Under the pieces are notes generated by a model. It was not told the origin of the DNA, ran no database searches, and saw only the letters and a list, made by a program, of their open reading frames with translations. Positions 38,103 to 47,499 of a stretch of 64,000 nucleotides of DNA are shown one piece after another. Origin of the DNA: Parcubacteria group bacterium (GTDB lineage Bacteria > Patescibacteriota > Minisyncoccia > UBA10092); contig JACPLW010000001.1 in assembly GCA_016186325.1 (NCBI GenBank), positions 187 to 64,186 on the forward strand, read 5' to 3'. Both the position numbers and the translations under genes were made by a program. Every line of letters starts with the position of its first letter. Within the stretch, counting starts at the first letter, position 1.

Positions 38103-38525
38103 ATGGACTTAGATAGCAGACAGATATATATATTTGAAATTGTAGTTGCGGAGTTTATAAAAACGGCCCGGCCGGTCGGTTCGCGGTTTCTGGCTGAAAA
38201 TTACGATTTAGAAGTAAGCTCCGCAACTATCAGAAATGATTTGGCTTTTTGGGAAGAGCTGGGGTTTCTTACTAAGCCGCATCCTTCCGGCGGGCGAATT
38301 CCGACTTCAAAGGGCTGGCATTATTTTACTCACGAAATTCATGAGCCAGATGAGTTTTCAATGGAAGAAATGGCGCGGCTTAATGCTTTAACGAATAAGC
38401 TGTTAAGCACTTCTCAAGAAATTATGTCGTGTGTTTCAAAAATGTTTCCCGAGGTCTCCGATGAATTTTTTAAGAAATTTTTAGTAGATAAATTATTTAA
38501 CAATGAATATGAACGAAGAAAATAA
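38103..38525 (+). CDS. hrcA: Heat-inducible repressor HrcA (short, DNA-binding domain only)
   Basis: PVGS, SSATIRND, PHPSGGRIPT.KG. Confidence 0.88.
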   Translation: MDLDSRQIYIFEIVVAEFIKTARPVGSRFLAENYDLEVSSATIRNDLAFWEELGFLTKPHPSGGRIPTSKGWHYFTHEIHEPDEFSMEEMARLNALTNKLLSTSQEIMSCVSKMFPEVSDEFFKKFLVDKLFNNEYERRK

Positions 38526-38967
38526 AAATGAAATTGAAAATTTAAAAAAACAAGCCGAAGAATATTTAAATGGCTGGAAAAGGGCTAAGGCAGACTACCT
38601 TAACCTTAAAAAAGAAATGGAGTCGCAAGGTATAGAGATTAAAGATTGGATGTCAAAGATAATGCTGTTACCGCTTCTTGGAATTATGGATGGTTTTGAT
38701 AAAGCATTTGCCAATATTCCAGAAAGTATTGCGACCGACGGCTGGATTAAAGGAATAGAAGGTATTAAAAAACAACTTGAAGATTATCTTAAATCGCAAG
38801 GAGTTGAAGCGATGGCGGCAAAAGGTGAAAAGTTTGATCCGATAAAACACGAGGCGGTGGAATCAGTAGAGGGAGGCGAGTCTCAAATTGTCGCGGAAGA
38901 ATTACAAAAAGGTTATCTCAAAAATGGCGAAGTTTTGCGTCCGGCAAAAGTAAAAGTATATAAATAA
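38503..38967 (+). CDS. grpE: Nucleotide exchange factor GrpE
   Basis: RAKADYLN, FDPIKHEAV, QKGY..LRPAKV. Confidence 0.96.
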   Translation: MNMNEENKNEIENLKKQAEEYLNGWKRAKADYLNLKKEMESQGIEIKDWMSKIMLLPLLGIMDGFDKAFANIPESIATDGWIKGIEGIKKQLEDYLKSQGVEAMAAKGEKFDPIKHEAVESVEGGESQIVAEELQKGYLKNGEVLRPAKVKVYK

Positions 38968-39006
38968 TTTAAAATTTAGAAATTAAAATTTAAAATTTAT
39001 AAATAT

Positions 39007-40935
39007 ATGACAAAGATTTTAGGAATTGACTTAGGCACCACCAATTCGGCAATGGCGATTACCGAAGGCGGCACTCCAAAGATAATTGAAAACAAAGAGG
39101 GCAACAGAACGACGCCCTCTATAGTTGCTGTATCAAAAGGCAACGAACGGCTAGCCGGTCTTTTGGCCAAGCGGCAGGCAGTAGTTAATCCGGAAAATAC
39201 TCTTTTTTCCATAAAGCGTCTTATCGGCCGCCGGTGGGATGATCCGGAAATTTTACGCGACCAAAAATGGCTGCCATATCAGATTAGAAAATCCGAATCA
39301 GGGGGTGTTGAAATTAAAATGGCGGATAAATGGTATCGGCCTGAAGAAATTTCAGCACTGGTATTGCAGAAGTTAAAAGCGGATGCTGAAGAAAAACTCG
39401 GAGAAAAAATTACCGAAGCAATTATTACGGTTCCGGCTTATTTTGATGATTCCCAAAGACAAGCGACAAAAAACGCCGGCGAAATCGCAGGTTTAAAAGT
39501 TTTAAGAATTATCAACGAACCGACGGCGGCGGCTTTAGCTTACGGTTTGGATAAAAAGAAATCAGAGCAAATTGTAGTTTATGATTTTGGTGGCGGCACA
39601 TTTGATGTTTCGGTTTTAGAAATTGGCGATGATACGATTGAAGTTAAATCAACCGGCGGCGATACGCATCTTGGGGGCGACGATTTTGACCAGCGTATTA
39701 CTAATTATCTCGCGGATCTATTTAAAAAAGAACAAGGGATTGATTTATCAAAAGACGCCATGGCTCTTTCGCGCCTTAAAGAAGGTGCCGAGAAAGCCAA
39801 ACACGAACTTTCCACGGTTTTAGAGACTGAAATAAACCTTCCGTTCATTACTTCAGATGCTTCCGGACCCAAACATTTCATAACCAAAATGACTCGCGCT
39901 AAACTGGAAGAATTGGTTCATGATTTTATTGCCGCATCTATTGAGCTCACAAAACAAACGGTTAAAGAAGCAAAGTTTGCCCTAACCGATGTGGATGAGG
40001 TTGTTCTTGTCGGCGGCCAAACCAGAATGCCGGCGATAGTTGAAGCGGTAAAAAATCTTTTTGGCAAAGAACCGCATAAGGGTATTAATCCCGACGAAGT
40101 TGTTGCTCTTGGCGCGGCGGTTCAGGGCGGCGTTATGGCCGGCGATGTCCGCGATATTCTGCTTTTGGATGTTACGCCTTTGACTCTCGGCATTGAAACT
40201 TTGGGCGGCGTTGCTACTCCTATGATTTCTAAAAATACGACTGTTCCGACGGCAAAAACCCAGACATTTTCAACGGCAGCCGACAATCAACCGCAGGTAG
40301 AAATTCATATTCTACAGGGCGAACGGCCAATGTCGACCGATAATAAAACGCTCGGCAAGTTTATTTTAGACGGCATTCTTCCTGCGCCTCGGGGCGTTCC
40401 TCAAATTGAAGTTACTTTTGATATTGACGCCAATGGTATTTTGAATGTTTCCGCGATTGATAAAGCAACCAATAAAAAACAGGCGATTACTATTACCGCT
40501 TCCACAAGCTTATCCAAAGAAGAAATTGAGAAAATGAAAAAAGAAGCCGAAGTGAATGCGGTCGAAGATGCGAAGAAAAAAGAAACGATAGAAATTAAAA
40601 ATTCCGCCGAATCAATGGTATATATGTCCGAAAAGGCCTTAAAAGATGCTGGTGAAAAAATAAAACCGGAAGATAAAAAGACAATTGAAGAAAGGATTGA
40701 GGCTCTTAAAAAAATAAAAGATGGCGCCGATGTTGAAGCGATTAAAAAAGCGTCAACTGAACTTTCAACTGAAATCCAAAAAATCGGCGAGGCATTATAC
40801 AAAAAAGATGAAGCTTCAAAAGAAGAAACAAAACCAGAAGAGAGTAAGGAAGAACCCTCCTCCGCCCCGCAAAGCGGGGCTACGGAGGGCGCCGCCGAAG
40901 GCGAGCCTCGCCCCGAAGGGCGGGAGGGAAAATAA
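39007..40935 (+). CDS. dnaK: Chaperone DnaK
   Basis: [37 protein letters not shown]. Confidence 0.99.
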   Translation: MTKILGIDLGTTNSAMAITEGGTPKIIENKEGNRTTPSIVAVSKGNERLAGLLAKRQAVVNPENTLFSIKRLIGRRWDDPEILRDQKWLPYQIRKSESGGVEIKMADKWYRPEEISALVLQKLKADAEEKLGEKITEAIITVPAYFDDSQRQATKNAGEIAGLKVLRIINEPTAAALAYGLDKKKSEQIVVYDFGGGTFDVSVLEIGDDTIEVKSTGGDTHLGGDDFDQRITNYLADLFKKEQGIDLSKDAMALSRLKEGAEKAKHELSTVLETEINLPFITSDASGPKHFITKMTRAKLEELVHDFIAASIELTKQTVKEAKFALTDVDEVVLVGGQTRMPAIVEAVKNLFGKEPHKGINPDEVVALGAAVQGGVMAGDVRDILLLDVTPLTLGIETLGGVATPMISKNTTVPTAKTQTFSTAADNQPQVEIHILQGERPMSTDNKTLGKFILDGILPAPRGVPQIEVTFDIDANGILNVSAIDKATNKKQAITITASTSLSKEEIEKMKKEAEVNAVEDAKKKETIEIKNSAESMVYMSEKALKDAGEKIKPEDKKTIEERIEALKKIKDGADVEAIKKASTELSTEIQKIGEALYKKDEASKEETKPEESKEEPSSAPQSGATEGAAEGEPRPEGREGK

Positions 40936-40940
40936 AATAA

Positions 40941-41552
40941 ATGGCAAAAGATTATTACGAAATTTTAGGAGTGCAAAAGAGCGCGTCTGATGATGAAATT
41001 AAGCGCGCTTACAGAAAATTGGCGCACCAATATCATCCCGACAAAAATAAAGGTGACGATAAAAAATTCAAAGAAATAAATGAGGCATATCAGATTTTAG
41101 GAAACCGTGATAAGCGAAAACAATACGACAGATTCGGGAGTTCTTTTGAGAATCAGGGATTTTCAAGTAGGGAAGGTTTTGGCGATTTTGGCGGTCTGTC
41201 GGATATTTTGGAAGAATTGTTTGGCTTTGGCCGCCGAAGCCACGCGGAGCGGGGCGAAGGCGGCTTTGGTTTTGATTTTGGTAGGGGAGGAGGGTTTGGC
41301 CGCCAATGGTCAACCGTGCAGACGACTTTAGTTATTGATTTTGTAACCGCCGTATTGGGAGGAGATGTTGAAGTTTCCGTAAGAGGCGAAAGAATAAGAC
41401 TTAAAATTCCTTCCGGCATTCAAAATAACGAAGCCCTGGTGCATCACGGTAAAAACGGTGATATAATTTTTATTATCAACATTAAAATGCCTAAACATAT
41501 TTCTAAAAAAGCAAAAGAGCTTCTTGAAGAATTAAGAAATGAGGTGGATTAA
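40941..41552 (+). CDS. dnaJ: Short DnaJ-family protein (J domain plus G/F region, no zinc finger)
   Basis: [17 protein letters not shown]; no CxxCxGxG repeats. Confidence 0.85.
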   Translation: MAKDYYEILGVQKSASDDEIKRAYRKLAHQYHPDKNKGDDKKFKEINEAYQILGNRDKRKQYDRFGSSFENQGFSSREGFGDFGGLSDILEELFGFGRRSHAERGEGGFGFDFGRGGGFGRQWSTVQTTLVIDFVTAVLGGDVEVSVRGERIRLKIPSGIQNNEALVHHGKNGDIIFIINIKMPKHISKKAKELLEELRNEVD

Positions 41553-41568
41553 AAATCAAAAATGAGTT

Positions 41569-42087
41569 ATGGAATATATAAATGTATTAAGAGAAACAAC
41601 TAACTCGTTTTTATCTGATCCCACTTGGGATATTTTGCTTTTATTATTTTTTTTCGCGACTGTTTTTATTTATGGTCTTGTTGTTGGACGAAATAGAATA
41701 ATTGTGTTATTATTAGCTTCTTATCCTGCCGCCCTCATCAATAGTCATGTGCCTTTTTACGGGAGATTTTTAAATAATCTAAATATTTATCAGGGTCTGT
41801 TTATTAGAGCTTTTAGTTTTTTTATTTTAACTTTTTTTATTTTCTGGATTTTAAGTAATCTGGGATTTTCAAGAAAAGAAATAAATAAAAAAACCGGTCA
41901 AATTTTATTTTTAAGTTTTCTTAATGTCGGACTTTGGGCTAGTATAATTTTTGGTTATGCCCTGGATTTAAATACAGAGGCTTTAAAATTAGCTCCACTG
42001 ACAAAATTACTTTTTGGTTTTGATACGGCGCAGTTTATTTGGTTTATCATCCCTATTTTTGTTTTATATTGGTTAGAAAGAAAATAA
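41569..42087 (+). CDS. Hypothetical polytopic membrane protein
   Basis: Four to five hydrophobic helices. Confidence 0.7.
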   Translation: MEYINVLRETTNSFLSDPTWDILLLLFFFATVFIYGLVVGRNRIIVLLLASYPAALINSHVPFYGRFLNNLNIYQGLFIRAFSFFILTFFIFWILSNLGFSRKEINKKTGQILFLSFLNVGLWASIIFGYALDLNTEALKLAPLTKLLFGFDTAQFIWFIIPIFVLYWLERK

Positions 42088-42090
42088 AAT

Positions 42091-42187
42091 ATGAACGCCT
42101 TTGTGTATATCTTAAGGGGTCAAAGTGGAAAATTTTATGTAGATTGAGAAAATAGTAGAAGATGGAAAGATTAACATGCGCCCTTAG
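42091..42187 (+). pseudogene. Internally deleted GIY-YIG nuclease remnant
   Basis: MNAFVYILRGQSGKFYVD* (42091-42147) matches the GIY-YIG N-terminal VYIL..YVG pattern; a shifted frame IEKIVEDGKINMRP* ends inside tRNA-Lys. Confidence 0.6.
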
Positions 42188-42251
42188 CTCAGCCCGGTAG
42201 AGCAACTCCCTTTTAAGGAGATGGTCGAAGGTTCAAATCCTTCAGGGCGCA
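42178..42251 (+). tRNA. tRNA-Lys(TTT)
   Basis: GCGCCCT/AGGGCGC acceptor, CTCC-CTTTTAA-GGAG anticodon arm, GAAGG-TTCAAAT-CCTTC T arm. Confidence 0.95.
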
Positions 42252-42253
42252 CA

Positions 42254-42351
42254 GCAACTCCGACGTTCTGGTTTACGCCAGAAGTCGGAGTTCCGACCTC
42301 CAAAGCATTGGAGCGTCGGAATTGACCCAGGTCCGATTCCTGGTGGGGGCA
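42254..42351 (+). pseudogene. tRNA remnant with anticodon arm replaced by a double-hairpin element
   Basis: GCAACTC (as in tRNA-Lys), then the element at 42257-42321, then TTGAC-CCAGG-TCCGATT-CCTGG-TGGGGGC-A. Confidence 0.65.
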
Positions 42352-42414
42352 TAAGCGTTTTGATGTGGATAAACTCCCGTCTACGGCGGGAGTTTATCGT
42401 GGTATAATTTAATT

Positions 42415-43437
42415 ATGATAAAAACGATAAAATGGCAATTTGTTATAATTTTTATAGTTTTTTTGTCCCTGAATACCACCTCTTATGCCGCTACCGGAAC
42501 CCCGACAATTTTTAGTTATCAGGGGCGACTGACTAATGCCGCCGGCGCTTTGCAAACCGGTACTTTTTATTTTAAATTTTCCATATGGGACGTGGCTACG
42601 GGGGGAACTGCCGGAACCAATCGTCTTTGGCCATCGGGCGGTCCCGCTGAAGTTTCAGCTACGGTTACGTCCGGAGTGTTTAACGTGAATATAGGCGACA
42701 CGGATAATGGATATCCGGATTCTTTAGATTATAATTTTAATACCAATAAAGATATTTATCTTCAGGTTGAGGCTTCTTCTTCAAGTGGTAGCGGTTTTGA
42801 AACTCTTGACCCAAGACAGCGAATTTCTTCCGCTGTTTTCGCCCGGCTTGCCGCGGCAGTAAGCGGAACGGGTCAATCATCTTTTGGCACCACAACCCCA
42901 AGTTCGGGAGCCATCGTTACTGTCGCGGCTACTACCACTTCCGCCATTCCTCTTTTCATACGCGGCGCGCTGGGGCAGGTGGCAAATTTATTTAGAATTG
43001 AAAATTCAATTTCAGACCTTTTGTTTTCTATTGATTACTCCGGCGGTATTTTTTCCGCTTCAACCACCGCAATCCTTGGTAATGTCGGCGTTGGTACAAC
43101 AACTCTGACCAGGAAATTTAATGTTTTTAGCGCGGATAGCGTTCCGCAGTTTAGGTTGAACCAGTCAAATTCCAACTACGGCGAGTTTCAAGCCGATTCT
43201 TCTGGTGACATTAAAATTTCTTCAACCGGCGGAAATATTAGGGGAGATAATGAAAATTTGTGGATCTGCGAGGGTGCGGGTTGTGGCGCAGATGATCCGG
43301 CGGATAAGGGAAATGTAATAGTGGAAACGAAAGTTATTTTTAATAATAACTTTAAACTTGGATACACCAGCGCCACAACAACAACCATGTATAATTCAAC
43401 AGGGACTCCAATACTGATATTTGACCAGGAGCAATGA
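42415..43437 (+). CDS. Secreted/surface beta-rich protein
   Basis: Sec-type signal peptide ending SYA; SYQGRL..FKFSIWD..GVFNVNIG domain; GNVGVGTTT fibre-like motif; Thr/Ser/Gly rich. Confidence 0.75.
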   Translation: MIKTIKWQFVIIFIVFLSLNTTSYAATGTPTIFSYQGRLTNAAGALQTGTFYFKFSIWDVATGGTAGTNRLWPSGGPAEVSATVTSGVFNVNIGDTDNGYPDSLDYNFNTNKDIYLQVEASSSSGSGFETLDPRQRISSAVFARLAAAVSGTGQSSFGTTTPSSGAIVTVAATTTSAIPLFIRGALGQVANLFRIENSISDLLFSIDYSGGIFSASTTAILGNVGVGTTTLTRKFNVFSADSVPQFRLNQSNSNYGEFQADSSGDIKISSTGGNIRGDNENLWICEGAGCGADDPADKGNVIVETKVIFNNNFKLGYTSATTTTMYNSTGTPILIFDQEQ

Positions 43438-43452
43438 TGACGCGCCCCCCCC

Positions 43453-44247
43453 ATGTCTTTTCTTGAAGAACTAAAAATATTCATAAAAAATATTTTTTAT
43501 TGGATTCTGTCCTTTATCGGTTTTTCTTTTTTCTTTTTCGCTTTTGGTTTAAAAAAAGCGGCGATTTTCGGGCAAAATTATTTTCTGCCGCTGCCGACCG
43601 AAAATTCTTTTTCCGCGCAAGTTTTTAAAAAAATCAGGCACGATCTTCTTCCGCCGGACGTTGCTCTTATCGCCACCAATCCAATGAGCGCTTTTATATC
43701 CCAGATAACGCTTTCTCTGTTATTAGGTTTTTTGGTAACCGTTCCCTTTTTTCTTTATAAAATTATTATGTATCTCCGGCCCGCCCTTCTTTTTCGCGAA
43801 AGAAGGGCGGTAATGTTGTCTTTGCTGCCTTTTGTTTTTTTATTTTTTTCCGGTTCCGCGTTCGCTTATTTTTTTCTGATCCCGACCACCTTTAAAACGC
43901 TTTATCCGTACACCGCGGCTATCGGCGCGATTCCATTTTTTTCAATAAACGAATTTATGTATTATGTTTTCGGCCTTACTATTGCCACCGGGACTATGTT
44001 TTTACTGCCACTATTTATGGTCTTATTGAGCATTTTAGGGATTATACCGGCTTGGGTATGGAAAAAAAATTGGCGATACGCTAACTTTCTTTTTCTGGTT
44101 TTGGCCGCCATAATCACTCCGGATGGGACGGGAATCACTATGATTTTACTTTTCATTCCTTTGTCGTTCTTGTACTTTATAGGGTCTTTTTTTGCTGTTA
44201 AACTTAGTAATAGACATGCGACTATAAAAAAGGTCGAAAATTTGTAA
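43453..44247 (+). CDS. tatC: Twin-arginine translocase TatC
   Basis: Six TMs; P..LY....YLRPAL..RER, FAYF.LIP, WRY....LAAIITPDG. Confidence 0.93.
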   Translation: MSFLEELKIFIKNIFYWILSFIGFSFFFFAFGLKKAAIFGQNYFLPLPTENSFSAQVFKKIRHDLLPPDVALIATNPMSAFISQITLSLLLGFLVTVPFFLYKIIMYLRPALLFRERRAVMLSLLPFVFLFFSGSAFAYFFLIPTTFKTLYPYTAAIGAIPFFSINEFMYYVFGLTIATGTMFLLPLFMVLLSILGIIPAWVWKKNWRYANFLFLVLAAIITPDGTGITMILLFIPLSFLYFIGSFFAVKLSNRHATIKKVENL

Positions 44248-44268
44248 AAAATTAAATACAATAACAAT

Positions 44269-44355
44269 ATGTTTGGACTAGGGTTTACGGAAATAACAAT
44301 AATTTTAGTCGCGGCAGCCGTCGTAATTTATTTTTTTTACTGGAAAAAAAAATAG
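44269..44355 (+). pseudogene. Truncated TatA duplicate (TM segment only, 28 aa)
   Basis: MFGLGFTEITIILVAAAVVIYFFYWKKK*; shares CAATAACAATATGTTTGGACTAGG with tatA. Confidence 0.7.
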
Positions 44356-44384
44356 ATTGATAAAAAATTAGGCTCAATAACAAT

Positions 44385-44579
44385 ATGTTTGGACTAGGTA
44401 TCCCCGAAATAACAATAATTTTAATCGCGGCGGTGATTTTCTTTTTTGGCGGGGAAAAACTATCGGAATTGGCGAGGGCGTTGGGCCGGTTTACCGGAGA
44501 ATTTAAAAAAGGCAAAGCGGAAATGGAAAAAGAAATAAAAAAAGTCGAAAAAGAATTTAAATCTGATAAAAAATCGTAG
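44385..44579 (+). CDS. tatA: Twin-arginine translocase TatA
   Basis: MFGLGIPE..FFGGEKLSELARALGRFTGEFKKG. Confidence 0.95.
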   Translation: MFGLGIPEITIILIAAVIFFFGGEKLSELARALGRFTGEFKKGKAEMEKEIKKVEKEFKSDKKS

Positions 44580-44594
44580 TAAACGAGGATGGAT

Positions 44595-44708
44595 CCCGTT
44601 AGAGATTCAGGCCTTGTTTAGATCTGACGGGTATCATAAATTATCAAAACATGTTAAATCACGTATTAGACTTAATAACGGAAACGAAAGTTTCCTATCT
44701 CTAACGGG
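44595..44708. repeat. CCCGTTAGA..TCTAACGGG element with ATGGAT duplication
   Basis: 12-bp TIR; ATGGAT at 44589 and 44709. Confidence 0.88.
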
Positions 44709-44939
44709 ATGGATGAAAATAGAAGAAAATTCCTTAAAATAATACTGATTGGCGGCGGGGCTATTTTAGCGGAGAAGGTTTTAACTCCTCTGTTTTCGTT
44801 TCTAAATGATTCATCCGCCAAAACCGGTTTGCTTAATAAAACCAGTTTTGGGAATTTTAAAATTGTGGAAAATAAAGAAAAACTGTCTATTCGCGACAGT
44901 TCGGGAGAAGAAATATTTCAAATTGATGATGAGGCGTAA
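44709..44939 (+). CDS. Small protein with twin-arginine signal
   Basis: NRRKFLK followed by hydrophobic IILIGGGAIL; directly after tatA. Confidence 0.85.
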   Translation: MDENRRKFLKIILIGGGAILAEKVLTPLFSFLNDSSAKTGLLNKTSFGNFKIVENKEKLSIRDSSGEEIFQIDDEA

Positions 44940-44964
44940 AATTTCATTACAATAAATCAATGGT

Positions 44965-45059
44965 CCCGTTAGAAATTTATAAAATATAACCTGCCGGGAC
45001 TATAAATCAGTAATTATTTTTGATAAATTATAATAAATTAAACATAGATTTCTAACAGG
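44965..45059. repeat. CCCGTTAGA..TCTAACAGG element at a start codon
   Basis: TIR with one mismatch; ATGG at 44960 and 45060. Confidence 0.85.
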
Positions 45060-45661
45060 ATGGCAGAAAAAATAGAATGTAAAAATCATGAATGGATCCC
45101 TCTTTTAGGGATTAATAAGGGAAAAGGCGTTGTTACCTCTCTTTTTACTTGTCTAAAATGCGGAGACCTTAAAGTCGGCGAACAGACCATTAAAATTTCT
45201 CAATATCGTCTGGATATGGGCGAACTGCCCATAAATAATGTTCTCGGCATTAAATTGGTTGAATCGCCGACGGCCAATCAAACTGCTTCCGGACTCATAG
45301 TTAGTATGACCTATGGCGAATCTATTACTTTAGGCGACCTTTTATATTTCAAATCGGACGAAAAAGTTTATAAGGCGGACGCGAACGGGGCTTCCACTTA
45401 TCCGGTGGCGGGTTTGGCTTTGGCCACCGCGAGCAGCGGGTCAAACAATGTCCTCTTGCACGGTATTTACAGAGACAGCGTTAAATGGACCGGAGGAAGC
45501 GTCTTAACTGTTGGGGCGTTTGTTATCTGTCAACTACAGTGGGAGGAATAACCCAATCTCAACCTGCGGCGACAAACGATGTAATTCAGGTTGTCGGAAT
45601 CGCCACCCACACCGACACTATTAATTTCAATCCGTCCGCGGACTATATTACTCATACATAA
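45060..45661 (+). CDS. Zn-binding N-terminus plus phage capsid-fibre/cement-like domain; frameshifted near 45513
   Basis: C..HEW..C..CG; GESITLGDLLY..VYKADA..GLALA; continues in a shifted frame as CYLSTTVGGITQSQP..DVIQVVGIA..FNPS..* ending at 45661. Confidence 0.7.
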
Positions 45662-45662
45662 T

Positions 45663-45683
45663 TAAGGACGTCGGACGTCCTTA
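45663..45683. repeat. Palindrome TAAGGACGTCnGACGTCCTTA (3 copies)
   Basis: Also at 57273-57293 and 58992-59012. Confidence 0.9.
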
Positions 45684-45757
45684 TATTGAGAGCTCTTTTC
45701 AAATACCTGTCGTTTATGGTATTTTTTTGTATATTTGGCATATCTAATTAAAATATT

Positions 45758-46675
45758 ATGCTTTCAATAGCAATACCAAGCAGAAACGAAATATTTTTGA
45801 GAAAAACAATTCTTGATGTATTGGCTAACGCTACCGGAGAAATTGAGATTTTTCCTGTTCTGGACGGATATGAACCGCCAAGCGAAGAAATTGTTGATGA
45901 TCCCAGGGTTCATTATTTGCGGATTCCTTTAGGGGATGGGAAATGCCATAAGCGCCAGGGCATAAACATGATGGTCGATGTATGCAAGGGAGAATACGTT
46001 TCTTCTCTGGATGCGCATTGCATGATGGCCAAAGGATTTGACGAACAGTTAGCCAAAGATCATCAGCCAAACTGGGTGCAAGTTCCTCGCAGGCACAGAT
46101 TAGACGCAGAAAATTGGTGTCTGCAAACCCAGTCCGATAACCGGCCGCCAATTGACTATGAATATCTAATGTTTCCCTTGAATTATCACCGCATGTCAGG
46201 CTCGCCCAAAGAGCCAAAGAAAGATTACCATCCGGCATTGCACGGCTTTAAGTGGGACGCGAGAACTCTGGCCCGTTCCCACATCCCGACTGACGAAACC
46301 ATAACCATACAGGGAAGTTTTTGGTTTATGACCAAGGACTGGTTTCGCAAAATAGATTTAATGCAGATAGAAGGATTCAGCGGGTGGGGACAAGAAGGAG
46401 AGGAAATTTGTTTTAAAACCTGGTTATCGGGGGGTAAGGTGATGGTCAATAAGAATACTTGGTACGCGCATCTGCACAAGGGACCCAAATACGGCCGAAT
46501 GTATCATATGAGCAAGGAATCAATCAGGAAATGCAATAACTATTCATACGATTTCTGGGTAAACAATCGCTGGGAAAAAAGAATTCATGATTTTGAATGG
46601 CTTATCCAAAAGTTCTGGCCGCTGCCAAACTGGCCGGATAACTGGAAAGAACTTCTATCCAAATGGTCTCAATAA
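45758..46675 (+). CDS. GT-A glycosyltransferase, ppGalNAc-T (GT27)-like motifs
   Basis: IPSRNE, LDAHC, QGSFWFM, WGQEGEEICFKTWLSGG, YAH, KFWPLPNW. Confidence 0.85.
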   Translation: MLSIAIPSRNEIFLRKTILDVLANATGEIEIFPVLDGYEPPSEEIVDDPRVHYLRIPLGDGKCHKRQGINMMVDVCKGEYVSSLDAHCMMAKGFDEQLAKDHQPNWVQVPRRHRLDAENWCLQTQSDNRPPIDYEYLMFPLNYHRMSGSPKEPKKDYHPALHGFKWDARTLARSHIPTDETITIQGSFWFMTKDWFRKIDLMQIEGFSGWGQEGEEICFKTWLSGGKVMVNKNTWYAHLHKGPKYGRMYHMSKESIRKCNNYSYDFWVNNRWEKRIHDFEWLIQKFWPLPNWPDNWKELLSKWSQ

Positions 46676-47499
46676 TAATTCCATCAAGAAACGAGATATT
46701 TCTCGAAAAAACGGTCAAAGGTCTTCTCGATAACTGTACCGGTGAGTTTGAAATTCTCGTTGTCTTGGATGGCTACAATCCCCCGGAGAGAAATTCTGAT
46801 TCGAGGGTCAAGTACATTCTTCATGAAGATAGCGTTGGTATGAGGGCGGGCATAAATTCCGCCGTGAAGATCGCCAAAGGCGAATTCTTGATGAAAATCG
46901 ACGCGCATTGCGTTGTAGACAAAGGTATAGATGAGAAACTGGCGGCGGATTGCGGGGATAATACGGTTATGATACCGAGGAGATACAAGCTGGACGACGA
47001 GAATTGGCGCGCCAATATGAATGAGACGCCGATTGATTACGAGCATTTCATATATCCCCTAAAATACGACCCGGTATCCCTTCACGGATTTAGGTGGAAA
47101 AGCAGAGCCGAAGAGCGAAAAGATATTTTAATAGACGATACTCTGACATTCCAAGGCTCATGCTGGTTTATGAAAAAGAGTCACTTCGAAAAGCACAAGT
47201 TTCTGAAGGTAAAAGAATTCCACGGCCTGCTTTACGGAGAGCCGGAGGAATTGGGATTGACCACGTGGCTTTCAGGAGGCAGGGTAGTGACGAATAAGAA
47301 AACCTGGTATGCGCACCTGTTCAAAGGGAAGAAATACGGGCGTGGCTATTTTATTGACAGAAATCAGGGCAGGGACTGCTATAGATATTCTTATAATTAT
47401 TGGGCTAACGAGAACAAAGAGGGTTTCATAAAGGTAATAGAAAAGTTCTGGCCGATTCCGGGATGGCCAGCTGACTGGAAAGAACGTTTATGGAATTAA
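46663..47499 (+). CDS. GT-A glycosyltransferase, ppGalNAc-T-like paralog
   Basis: IPSRNE, IDAHC, QGSCWFM, TWLSGG, YAHLFK, KFWPIPGW. Confidence 0.85.
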   Translation: MVSIIIPSRNEIFLEKTVKGLLDNCTGEFEILVVLDGYNPPERNSDSRVKYILHEDSVGMRAGINSAVKIAKGEFLMKIDAHCVVDKGIDEKLAADCGDNTVMIPRRYKLDDENWRANMNETPIDYEHFIYPLKYDPVSLHGFRWKSRAEERKDILIDDTLTFQGSCWFMKKSHFEKHKFLKVKEFHGLLYGEPEELGLTTWLSGGRVVTNKKTWYAHLFKGKKYGRGYFIDRNQGRDCYRYSYNYWANENKEGFIKVIEKFWPIPGWPADWKERLWN

